The notes beneath the pieces are model-generated. The model searched no databases, was not told the DNA's origin, and worked only from the letters and a program-made list of their open reading frames with translations. From a virus (Duplodnaviria > Caudoviricetes), in IMG/VR virus record IMGVR_UViG_3300031555_001519, positions 1 to 64,000 of that record: a DNA stretch of 64,000 bases; one strand, written 5' to 3'. Position 1 is the stretch's first letter. Each line of letters opens with the position of its first letter. Position numbers and translations under genes: made by a program. Below, one piece after another: positions 1-8,154 of the stretch.

Positions 1-88
1 AAAGCCCATGCGTTATTAGACGGTAATATCTTACCGTCTACTTACGCCTTGGCTTCGACACCTCCTGTTATATGAAACAATTAGAGAA
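1..88 (+). ncRNA. Truncated hairpin unit of the same type as the 2363-3171 array
   Basis: Nested inverted repeats AAGCC..GCGT..TAGACGGTAA-tatc-TTACCGTCTA..ACGC..GGCTT, then ATGAAAC at 72 followed by aatTAgAGAa. Motif and loop-to-motif distance match the array units. Confidence 0.7.
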
Positions 89-127
89 ATGTGCCAGTGT
101 TATGAGTTGGATGAGAAAGGAGAATAT

Positions 128-385
128 ATGAAAAGTAAATCCGAAAGAATTATGGAAGCAGTAGATAGGATTCGCAACTTTGATGATGAAGACCTATTAG
201 GTTTTGTAATCTCGGAAAGTATTGATAATTATACCGAAACTGGACAGGATGTATTACGATTATTTGAAACATATCCAGAACATGCCGAATTACTCGATAA
301 AATGTTGATTGCAATATGTGGTTGGAGCATTGAGAGTTTAGAAGATGAGATGGAAGAGAAAAGAGATTACTTTGAGTGTTTGTAG
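128..385 (+). CDS. Hypothetical phage protein
   Basis: ORF 89..385; AAAGGAG RBS favours ATG 128. Confidence 0.75.
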   Translation: MKSKSERIMEAVDRIRNFDDEDLLGFVISESIDNYTETGQDVLRLFETYPEHAELLDKMLIAICGWSIESLEDEMEEKRDYFECL

Positions 386-397
386 AAAGGAGAAAAT

Positions 398-853
398 ATG
401 ACAATCTATGAAGAATTACTCTCACGAGTAGGACAAGGTGAAAAGTTTCATATTGATTTTGAGAAACGAAATATGAAAGTTGGTAAGGATTGGTTAATTA
501 AGAATGGTGAATGGGAAGAGGGGCGAGAGCTTGGAGCTGATTGGATGGATCGTGGCACAGATATGAGCTATGTAGAAATGCTATACCACTATTATAAATT
601 TTCAACTCCGTCAGAAAGAAGTGATAGCAAGAGAAGAATTTATTTTAAGGCTCTTCCGGTTGATGAATTAACAGATGGCCAATTGGTTAAAGGTGAATCA
701 AGAGAAAGAACACAAGCAGAATTGGAAGGATATATATTGATTAACATTATCAGAGGAAGTCTTAAATGGAAAGATGAATGGGGGAATTGGTTCTGGCAGT
801 CGCCTAATTACAAAGATTTAATAATATTAAAATCATGGGTAGAAGGGAGGTAA
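398..853 (+). CDS. Hypothetical protein (151 aa, Trp-rich C-terminus)
   Basis: ORF with AAAGGAG RBS, closely packed with neighbours. Confidence 0.85.
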   Translation: MTIYEELLSRVGQGEKFHIDFEKRNMKVGKDWLIKNGEWEEGRELGADWMDRGTDMSYVEMLYHYYKFSTPSERSDSKRRIYFKALPVDELTDGQLVKGESRERTQAELEGYILINIIRGSLKWKDEWGNWFWQSPNYKDLIILKSWVEGR

Positions 854-857
854 TAGT

Positions 858-1013
858 ATGGATGCACAGCGGTTAAAAGCGATTGCTTATAATGCAATTG
901 TAATGTGGAAAGAGGATTCCTACACACTTTATGAAGAAGATGAATTTAGGCAACGTGTAATGGAAGAACTCGGTATTACTGAGGAAGAATACAAAGAAAT
1001 TATGGAGGATTAA
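858..1013 (+). CDS. Small hypothetical protein (51 aa)
   Basis: GGGAGG RBS, ATG 858, TAA 1011-1013; read manually, below the ORF-track cutoff. Confidence 0.7.
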   Translation: MDAQRLKAIAYNAIVMWKEDSYTLYEEDEFRQRVMEELGITEEEYKEIMED

Positions 1014-1015
1014 CT

Positions 1016-2308
1016 ATGGATGATAGGAAGTTATGGGAGAAAGCACAGATACTTGCAAAGGAAAACTTCTCTGAGATATATGATGCAGACGATTGGGAAG
1101 AGCTTGATAAATATGAAAGAGAAGATTGTGTGTGGTATTACTATAAGGAATTATTAAAAGAAAAGGAGAATGATACTATGAGCACTAAATTAATTTGCCC
1201 TAATTGTGGCACAGAAATGAAATTGCCGGAGAAAAGTGAGGTTGTTATGGGTGCAACACTTTCAAAAGAAACTGGCGGTACACATGTTTTACAAGCTGAT
1301 GTTATTAAAAATAACAATATAAACACAACAAAATTAAACAAAGAGGAGAATAAGAATATGAATTCAAGAGATGCAAGAATGGAAACTTTAAAGGTTAATG
1401 GAGTAAGTGTAGGTAAGTATTTTGACGTTCAGTTACCTGATGGCGGTTCAATAAGAATGATGCTTAATGAGAGTGGAGTTCCGGTTGTAGCTAATGATGA
1501 CCCTATTCTTAGTCAGATTATTGAGGACGGATACGTAAGAAATACAAAGTTACATAGAAGATGGGTTATGGCTCAGATGTTCAAGATGTTGAATTATGTT
1601 TCTTATAATGGAAGAGAAAAAGGCTATGATGCTTGTTTAAGAAACCATTATGGTTATATGTATCAGTTCGACATGATGCTTGAGGAAGTAAGAGTTCTTA
1701 GTAAGTTAGAGGATAGAGACATGGAAAGCTTCAATGAGAGAAGTCACTTCTTTACAAAGAATGTTATTGCTGTGACTTGCAATGATTATTTGAGTAAATT
1801 GAAATTAAGTATTGAAGCACAGAAGCCTAAGAATTGTAAGGGGGTTCCATATAAGAGAGTAAAAGGTAAAAACATTTTCGTAGCTGATTTGGAGAAGAAG
1901 ATATATCAACCTATTCGTAGAAAGATTTGGGCGATTGAAAGAGCAAAGAGTTATAAGGAATTATATAGAGAGTTGAAAAAGTTTAATGATGGTATGATTA
2001 ATCTTCCTTGGAATACTCCAAAGTGCAAGATGTGGATTGATGCTTTCAAGGGAAGTGGTGCTTATTATACTTTGAAGAACCTTGTTATGTTCCATTCTTG
2101 TAAAATTGTTGATGAACAGTATGTTGGTTGGAGAGAGCCACGTAAGGTAACTACATACGCAGCTGGCATTGAAGCTACTAACTTTATTAAATCTAAGTTA
2201 GATGAGTATAGATGTGAGGGATGGAGATATATGGCAATGCTCAGAAAGTGTATTGCAGATAACGAATTCTCATTTGAACAGAGAATGAAAGAGATTTACA
2301 ATGATTAA
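1016..2308 (+). CDS. Hypothetical protein with CPNCG zinc-ribbon-like segment; internal RBS+ATG at 1178 and 1358
   Basis: 430-aa ORF; internal AAAGGAG-ATG and GAGGAG-ATG in frame. Confidence 0.8.
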   Translation: MDDRKLWEKAQILAKENFSEIYDADDWEELDKYEREDCVWYYYKELLKEKENDTMSTKLICPNCGTEMKLPEKSEVVMGATLSKETGGTHVLQADVIKNNNINTTKLNKEENKNMNSRDARMETLKVNGVSVGKYFDVQLPDGGSIRMMLNESGVPVVANDDPILSQIIEDGYVRNTKLHRRWVMAQMFKMLNYVSYNGREKGYDACLRNHYGYMYQFDMMLEEVRVLSKLEDRDMESFNERSHFFTKNVIAVTCNDYLSKLKLSIEAQKPKNCKGVPYKRVKGKNIFVADLEKKIYQPIRRKIWAIERAKSYKELYRELKKFNDGMINLPWNTPKCKMWIDAFKGSGAYYTLKNLVMFHSCKIVDEQYVGWREPRKVTTYAAGIEATNFIKSKLDEYRCEGWRYMAMLRKCIADNEFSFEQRMKEIYND

Positions 2309-2313
2309 TTAAA

Positions 2314-2330
2314 ACTGAATAGAATTAAAC
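2314..2330 (+). promoter_or_regulatory. Copy of dispersed 17-bp motif ACTRRAYAAAATTAAAY just upstream of the hairpin array
   Basis: ACTGAATAGAATTAAAC, one mismatch to consensus. Confidence 0.55.
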
Positions 2331-2362
2331 TTGGTGCAAAGTAAATATAATAAATGCTATTA

Positions 2363-3171
2363 TTCAATGCAGTATCCAACACTACAGCAAACTGGATGCA
2401 GACAAATCTCTTAACAGAGATGTCTGTCATCCATCATGCTGTATACAAGATACTGCACATGAAACCAATAAAGATATGTACTAAGAGCAGACGTTATATT
2501 TAAATGCGGAAAGGCAAATATATATCAAACACTTACATTCAATATCCCGACTATTAACCTGTACTCAAGGCAGTTAAAACCGGTTTATTCAACCGGTTAC
2601 AACTGCCTTCACTACAGGCATATTCGGGAAATATGAAACTAATATAGATACTTTCTAAAAGTGGACGGTATATAACATACGGAAAGGTAAATACATATTA
2701 AACACTCATATTTAATGTGCCGTATTATTAACCTGTTCTCATGCAGGTACATTTGCAGCATATCTGACTGCAATTCTACCTGCAGACAACAGGCATCTAC
2801 GGCATATATGAAACTGGTATAGAAACTTTCTGAGAGTGGACGATGTGTAAAAGCAGATAGATACTGCAAATACATAAGGCAAATTAATTCACTGATGATC
2901 CGTCATATATATGAGGCTGCAGGGTATAGGCTGGGTATCCCCAGCCTCTTCCCTGCTTCCTCATCTTCGCAGGATCATTACATGAAACAGTTAAAGACAT
3001 ATCTACAGATTTGCAGAATGTATTGGTATAAGCAACCGGATATACAAGAGAAATAAATTTAATCATTCAGGATCTTTATTCCTGGAAATACTGGTCTCAC
3101 CCGGTTTAATCAGACCGGGTTCCACCAGTCTCTCCAGGAAACATCCTGAATAATATGAAACGGTTATAGAA
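2363..3171 (+). repeat. Tandem array of five ~174-nt structured non-coding units (long imperfect hairpin plus conserved 3' motif); probable ncRNA array
   Basis: ATGAAAC at 2459, 2633, 2808, 2982, 3155 (spacing 174/175/174/173). Each is preceded by a ~100-nt multi-helix hairpin opening with TTCA/TTTA at 2363, 2538, 2711, 2888, 3058. G:U pairs and compensatory changes are present. Confidence 0.85.
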
Positions 3172-3229
3172 ATGCTTACAGATTTCATGAGTATATCAAA
3201 AAATAAAATAGAGAAAGGAGAATCAAAAA

Positions 3230-3412
3230 ATGTGTAAGGAAGTACGGTTTAGAGAAGCTGAGAAGGTGCTTCGTAATAATGGATTTAGATTAGAGAGAAT
3301 TAAGGGAAGTCATCATTATTATGTAAAAGATAATAAGAAAGTAACTATCAACTTAAAACTTAACCGGATGGTTTGGCAGCGGATTAAGAAAGAAAATGAT
3401 TTAATAGATTAG
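3230..3412 (+). CDS. hicA: HicA-family (dsRBD-like fold) protein without an adjacent HicB
   Basis: 60 aa, basic, GFRLERIKGSHHYY HicA signature; AAAGGAG RBS. Confidence 0.75.
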   Translation: MCKEVRFREAEKVLRNNGFRLERIKGSHHYYVKDNKKVTINLKLNRMVWQRIKKENDLID

Positions 3413-3432
3413 TTAATTATAAGGAGAAAAAC

Positions 3433-3684
3433 ATGGCAAAAGAAATTAATAGAGTATCATTTGAAGTAGAGCATTACAATGGAAATACTTATATGGGATT
3501 CATGTTAGCAATCATGGATGAAGGCAGTGTTGAAGTGATTAATACATCAGAGTGTAGTCTTGCAGATGTGGATGGTGATTATATTTTTGATACCGAAAAC
3601 GATTTGTTTAGAATTCAAGCAGACGAACCAATATCAGAACAGACATATGAAGAGATATGTGAATGCTACGAAGAACATAAATAG
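3433..3684 (+). CDS. Hypothetical acidic protein
   Basis: ORF with AAGGAG RBS. Confidence 0.75.
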   Translation: MAKEINRVSFEVEHYNGNTYMGFMLAIMDEGSVEVINTSECSLADVDGDYIFDTENDLFRIQADEPISEQTYEEICECYEEHK

Positions 3685-3712
3685 AGTGGCAATTTAATAG
3701 GAGGTAATTATT

Positions 3713-3982
3713 ATGGCAATGACAGAGAAACAGATAAAAAGACGTATGGATGAAGCGTGGGAGCTTCATTATAAACAGCATGAAATGGAAGCTGAGTGGT
3801 ACGGAATTGAAGATGACCATGTTTGGGTGTGTGATATTCCGTCAAAGCAGATTACGGTTAAGATGGAATTGAACGAGGAATATAAAGATATTGTTGTCTA
3901 TGAAGCACCTTTACAGAAGCAAAGCGATTACAGATATGTAAGGGACACTGAATGGAAAGTTAGAAGTCATTACAGTTGGTAA
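3713..3982 (+). CDS. Hypothetical protein
   Basis: ORF with AGGAGG RBS. Confidence 0.75.
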   Translation: MAMTEKQIKRRMDEAWELHYKQHEMEAEWYGIEDDHVWVCDIPSKQITVKMELNEEYKDIVVYEAPLQKQSDYRYVRDTEWKVRSHYSW

Positions 3983-4042
3983 ATAAATAGAGTAGACCGT
4001 AAATCCGTGCTTATCAGTCCTATAAATGGTACTCATTACCTC

Positions 4043-4071
4043 TTGACTATATGAAAAAAATGTAATATAAT
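4043..4071 (+). promoter_or_regulatory. sigmaA-type promoter
   Basis: TTGACT-17 bp-TATAAT. Confidence 0.75.
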
Positions 4072-4079
4072 TCTACATA

Positions 4080-4091
4080 GAACGGGTGTTC
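4080..4091. promoter_or_regulatory. Firmicutes LexA (SOS) box
   Basis: GAAC-GGGT-GTTC just downstream of the -10 element. Confidence 0.6.
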
Positions 4092-4224
4092 TGTTTTCGA
4101 ATGTTGACGAAAGTGAATATTTATTGTATTAAAAGCAATAAAAATATACTACGATATATGCTTGTCAATTCAAAAAAAACAGAAGATAATACTATTACAG
4201 AACTGATTTGGAGGGAATAATCTT

Positions 4225-4455
4225 ATGGAAACAATTTTAGCCATCACAAACAGTACAAGCAGTGCAATAAAATTAATTGTATGTAAAAGTACAGAAGATG
4301 CGATCAAACTTATGGAAAAAACATATGATAAACTATGCAAAGAAAATAGTTATGATTATGATAATACATATATTGACGAAGATTTAGGATATGCTCAAGT
4401 TGCAAATGGATTTGAGCTAACAGAGTTCAGAATAGGTAAACTATCTTTTGCATAG
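4225..4455 (+). CDS. Hypothetical protein in its own transcription unit (moron-like)
   Basis: GGAGG RBS, own promoter and terminator. Confidence 0.75.
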   Translation: METILAITNSTSSAIKLIVCKSTEDAIKLMEKTYDKLCKENSYDYDNTYIDEDLGYAQVANGFELTEFRIGKLSFA

Positions 4456-4482
4456 AATGGAAAAATTAAATATAGAGAGGAG

Positions 4483-4507
4483 AGAGCATCTTAATGATGC
4501 TCTTTTT
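4483..4507 (+). terminator. Rho-independent terminator
   Basis: AGAGCATC-ttaat-GATGCTCT plus T tract. Confidence 0.7.
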
Positions 4508-4549
4508 AATGTAACTAGTTGTAAAATATTGTAATTATGAGGTATAATT

Positions 4550-4783
4550 ATGACAAGAGATGAATTAAGAAGAGAACCGGGTTATATTGAGGCTCATAAG
4601 AAAATAGAAAGTTATAAAAAGGGATTTAAGTTCACAGTCTATTATAATGAAATGCCTGCGCCCAAGCGGAAAGCAATGGAATATCTGTTGAGTGATTGTG
4701 AAAAGGAAGGATTAATTGAAAGTATCTCTATAGGTGTTGCATTAAACGGTGAACGAGTAGACGAAACATTTGTTAAATTATAG
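4550..4783 (+). CDS. Hypothetical protein
   Basis: ORF with GAGG RBS. Confidence 0.7.
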   Translation: MTRDELRREPGYIEAHKKIESYKKGFKFTVYYNEMPAPKRKAMEYLLSDCEKEGLIESISIGVALNGERVDETFVKL

Positions 4784-4865
4784 TAATAACATGTCTAGGT
4801 CATGTGATATAAACAAGTTTAAGTGGTTTGACGCACGTCAAATAAAGATATTAGGAGATGGTAAA

Positions 4866-5096
4866 ATGGATATAGCTACATATCAAACGACACCAGAAAA
4901 ACATGGTGCAGGAAATTTTTTCTTTACAGATTGTGGTCATAAGATGTATTCTGTAAAAGATGAAATGGCATACCATGGATGTTATTGTCCAGGTTGCTTT
5001 TATAATGGAAAACAGACGGTGTTATATATTAGAGGTTCTAAGGAAGCAAATGAATATTGGCACAAGAAGTTGAAGCATATTGATTCAATTAATTAA
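4866..5096 (+). CDS. Hypothetical Cys-containing (zinc-ribbon-like) protein
   Basis: ORF 4770..5096; AGGAG RBS favours ATG 4866; DCGH..CPGC. Confidence 0.65.
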   Translation: MDIATYQTTPEKHGAGNFFFTDCGHKMYSVKDEMAYHGCYCPGCFYNGKQTVLYIRGSKEANEYWHKKLKHIDSIN

Positions 5097-5114
5097 CAGT
5101 CTGGACAGGAGGAC

Positions 5115-5360
5115 GTGAATATGAAAAAAGCAAATGCACTCGTAATGAACTATGAAGATTTTGAAGAGCTTATTGACAAAGCATCAAACGAACATGCTGG
5201 AGTTGGTCTTGGAGCACGTAGTTGGTTTTATGTATCAGATGATGATTATGATATAAAAAACATCAATAATGACTTATCAAGATATATTGGTGTAAATGTA
5301 ATAGCGGTAAGAATTGATATGTCAGTAAACGAAGATGATGTAATTATTATCTACGAATAA
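5115..5360 (+). CDS. Hypothetical protein
   Basis: AGGAGG RBS. Confidence 0.7.
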   Translation: MNMKKANALVMNYEDFEELIDKASNEHAGVGLGARSWFYVSDDDYDIKNINNDLSRYIGVNVIAVRIDMSVNEDDVIIIYE

Positions 5361-5392
5361 ATGGAATCTCAGTTAAATTAAATAAAGACACG

Positions 5393-5421
5393 AGACATCA
5401 GAAATATCTGGTGTCTTTTTT
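5393..5421 (+). terminator. Rho-independent terminator
   Basis: AGACATCAGA-aata-TCTGGTGTCT plus T tract. Confidence 0.65.
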
Positions 5422-5446
5422 ATTGCAGAAAATGGAGGAAGAAAAA

Positions 5447-6166
5447 ATGGGACAGAAACCAAAGAAGATAAAGAATATGAATATGGACGTTATTATGGGT
5501 AGAGTGCAGAAGATGGTAGAGTTACGAGAGGAATTTATGAAGAATATTGATAATGTTCATGTAAAGTTGCAACAAGGGAACTCTAAGACCGGTAAAAATG
5601 TATATACTGTTAGCTTTATTCCAATAGCTGATTGCAGCCATAATTGTAAAGAGTGTAAGAAGGAGTGTTATGATGTAATTAATGTATGTTTCCAGCCTAA
5701 GGTACAGGTTGACCGTGCCAGAAACTCTGCTATTCATAAAGCAGATATACATAGGTTCTGGGAAGAAGTAAGTTATGGAATTAAATATAATTGTGTTCAG
5801 GCGTTAAGATTATGCGTTGGTGGAGATGTTTGCAAAGAGGATCTTCCTTTGATTAATAAAGTGGCAAAGGAAAATCCGAAATGCGACATCTTATTTTTTA
5901 CCAAAACTTACGAAGCTGTAAATGAATTCTTAGATTCTAATATTTTTGAACCAAATGTTCATTGTATTATGAGTGCTTGGAAAGACACAGAAATGGATAA
6001 TAGACATAACTTGCCGGTTAGTCATGTTTTATATGAAGATGGCAGTACAACAGCTCCTGTATATGGAAGTTATTATTGTCAGGGTAATTGTGCTCATTGC
6101 CATTATAACGAAGAAGGATGTTTTCGATTAAAGAAAGGAGAATCGGTTATTTTCCCTGCACATTAA
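5447..6166 (+). CDS. Gp88-like (radical-SAM-related, Cys-rich) phage protein
   Basis: GNSKTG, CSHNCKECKKECY, R-x3-GGD, FFTK and C-terminal CQGNCAHC motifs; GGAGG RBS before ATG 5447. Confidence 0.6.
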   Translation: MGQKPKKIKNMNMDVIMGRVQKMVELREEFMKNIDNVHVKLQQGNSKTGKNVYTVSFIPIADCSHNCKECKKECYDVINVCFQPKVQVDRARNSAIHKADIHRFWEEVSYGIKYNCVQALRLCVGGDVCKEDLPLINKVAKENPKCDILFFTKTYEAVNEFLDSNIFEPNVHCIMSAWKDTEMDNRHNLPVSHVLYEDGSTTAPVYGSYYCQGNCAHCHYNEEGCFRLKKGESVIFPAH

Positions 6167-6228
6167 ACTAGATAAAATTAAACGAAATGCTTAAAACACT
6201 AGACAAATCATAGAAAGGGTGGTATAAT
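6167..6228 (+). promoter_or_regulatory. 17-bp motif plus extended -10 promoter
   Basis: ACTAGATAAAATTAAAC 6167-6183; TAGACA(6200)-17-TATAAT(6223) with TG. Confidence 0.6.
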
Positions 6229-6287
6229 ATGGTATAGGAAATATTATTTACTTAACATTTTTAAGTAAAATAGAAGAGGAGAATTAT

Positions 6288-6851
6288 ATGGGATTGTTCA
6301 GTTTGATTGCATCACTGTTTACATGTGGAATTTTAGTAAGTAATACAATTAAAGATGCGTCATTTGATTCAAAGAGTAAAGAAAATGCGATTAATAAAGG
6401 TAATATAACATGGATGGATAGTCACGGGAATACTTATTTAATTTCTACAGGGGAGAAAGTCTATTTTATTAATGATAAGCTAGTATCGGTGAAGGATGGT
6501 AAAATAATTATTGATTATAGCTTAAACAGAACAAAATTAATTAATGAAAAAAGAATCAAAAAAGCAAATGAAAAAAGTTCTAAATATGTTTTACTTACCT
6601 ATTATGAATTCAATAATAGAGTCTATTATACGGAAATTGCTACAATGAAGAGATATTATTTAACAGGTAGTAAAAGTATTAGTGGTGACTATTCTAAATT
6701 TACAAAAACCTATTATGCAGTAGGATGTGAAAAAGCAAAGCTTTGGAACGATGATCCAGATGAAATCTCGATAGAGATCACAGAAGAAGAATTTAAGGCT
6801 TTAGGAGGAATCATGACACAATCGTATTACAATACGATTGGTAAATATTAA
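6288..6851 (+). CDS. Hypothetical membrane-anchored protein
   Basis: Hydrophobic N-terminus; GAGGAG RBS. Confidence 0.75.
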   Translation: MGLFSLIASLFTCGILVSNTIKDASFDSKSKENAINKGNITWMDSHGNTYLISTGEKVYFINDKLVSVKDGKIIIDYSLNRTKLINEKRIKKANEKSSKYVLLTYYEFNNRVYYTEIATMKRYYLTGSKSISGDYSKFTKTYYAVGCEKAKLWNDDPDEISIEITEEEFKALGGIMTQSYYNTIGKY

Positions 6852-6872
6852 ATTTTGTAGGAGGTTATAAAT

Positions 6873-7097
6873 ATGAACAAAGAAAGAAGAAGTAAAATTC
6901 TACAGGTTATTAAGGAAATTGAAATTGTAAAAAATTCTTTGCAAAGTATTCTAGACGATGAAGAAAATGTTTTTGATAATATGCCAGAAAATTTACAGTG
7001 TTCAGCAAGAGGAGAAGAGTCAGAAGAAAGTATAGAATATATGGATGAAGCAGTTGAAGCATTAAATACTGCTATTGAACAACTAGAAAATATTTAA
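6873..7097 (+). CDS. Hypothetical coiled-coil protein
   Basis: AGGAGG RBS. Confidence 0.75.
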   Translation: MNKERRSKILQVIKEIEIVKNSLQSILDDEENVFDNMPENLQCSARGEESEESIEYMDEAVEALNTAIEQLENI

Positions 7098-7108
7098 GGA
7101 GACAATAT

Positions 7109-8089
7109 ATGAACGGTAAAGAAGAATACGAACAAAAATATATAAGAAAAATAAACAATATTATTCAGAATAATTCAGATAAACCGTATTTACGAGGTTT
7201 TTATAATTATATGGGGAGTAGGTTATCTTATTCTACAAAATATGATTATTTAAATTATGTGATAAATTTTATGAACTTTAACAACAAAGATGTAGAAAAT
7301 CTCACATTAGATGATTATACAAATTTTTTGGCTCAAATTACAAATAAGACAGCTGCTTATCAAATTAATATGCATTCCGGACTTAAAAAGTTTTCCATGT
7401 ATTTATTAGCAAGTCAAAGAACAAATCATAATCCTATGAAGTATATTGAAAGACCAAAATTTATTGAAAGGCCTGAAACAATCGAAAAACGAGAAAAAGG
7501 TTTTTTGGAAAAGAAAGAGATTAAACAATATATGGAGAATATTCAAACCGGTTCAGGTTCGCAAAGAGCAATTGCAAGACAAGAATCTTGGAAAGAGCGA
7601 GATTTGTCCATTATATTAATATTTATGATAACCGGAATGAGATGTTCTGCGCTATATAAGTTAAATATAGACAATATTGATTTTGATAAAAAAATACTGA
7701 TTACAGTGGACAAAGGAGATAAAATACAAGAACATTCATTAACAGATGAGGCATTGTTATGTATTAGCGAATGGATATTAAAAAGAAATGATATATTAGG
7801 AGATAAAAAAGAAGATGCCTTATTTATTTCAAATCAAAGAACTCGTATGGATCAAAGTTCTATTTACCGTATTGTAAATAAATACTCCCATTCGATAAAG
7901 GGGAAGCATATTACACCACATAAATTACGAGCTACTTATGGCACACAGTTATATGATAAAACAAAAGATTTATATTTTGTGCAAAAATGTATGGGGCATA
8001 AAAATCCTAAAACAACGGAAAATTATATTAGAGGAGGAAAAGATAAGGATAGAAGCACTGCAGCAAATATAATGTCAGAGTTGTTCTAA
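7109..8089 (+). CDS. XerC/D-like tyrosine recombinase
   Basis: TGMRCS, HKLRATY, MGHKNPKTTENY: intact R-H-R-H-Y catalytic set. Confidence 0.9.
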   Translation: MNGKEEYEQKYIRKINNIIQNNSDKPYLRGFYNYMGSRLSYSTKYDYLNYVINFMNFNNKDVENLTLDDYTNFLAQITNKTAAYQINMHSGLKKFSMYLLASQRTNHNPMKYIERPKFIERPETIEKREKGFLEKKEIKQYMENIQTGSGSQRAIARQESWKERDLSIILIFMITGMRCSALYKLNIDNIDFDKKILITVDKGDKIQEHSLTDEALLCISEWILKRNDILGDKKEDALFISNQRTRMDQSSIYRIVNKYSHSIKGKHITPHKLRATYGTQLYDKTKDLYFVQKCMGHKNPKTTENYIRGGKDKDRSTAANIMSELF

Positions 8090-8093
8090 AAAC

Positions 8094-8124
8094 ACTAGAC
8101 AAAATTAAACAATTATTGTATAAT
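8094..8124 (+). promoter_or_regulatory. Promoter whose -35 is overlapped by the 17-bp motif
   Basis: ACTAGACAAAATTAAAC 8094-8110 contains TAGACA; TATAAT at 8119 (17-bp spacer). Confidence 0.65.
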
Positions 8125-8154
8125 AAAAGTAATGTACAAAAAGGAGGCACCTGT

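Noticed and set aside
1016-2308. Reverse transcriptase next to the array
   Set aside because: No YxDD catalytic motif or RT domain pattern; no RT is recognisable anywhere in the window, though one could lie upstream.
2639-3066. ORFs 2639..2875 (-) and 2884..3066 (-) inside the array
   Set aside because: No RBS, opposite to the local gene direction, and better explained as chance frames in structured non-coding DNA.
2363-3171. CRISPR array interpretation of the periodic region
   Set aside because: No identical 23-47-bp repeats, period of ~174 nt, the variable parts are self-complementary, and no cas operon is in the window.
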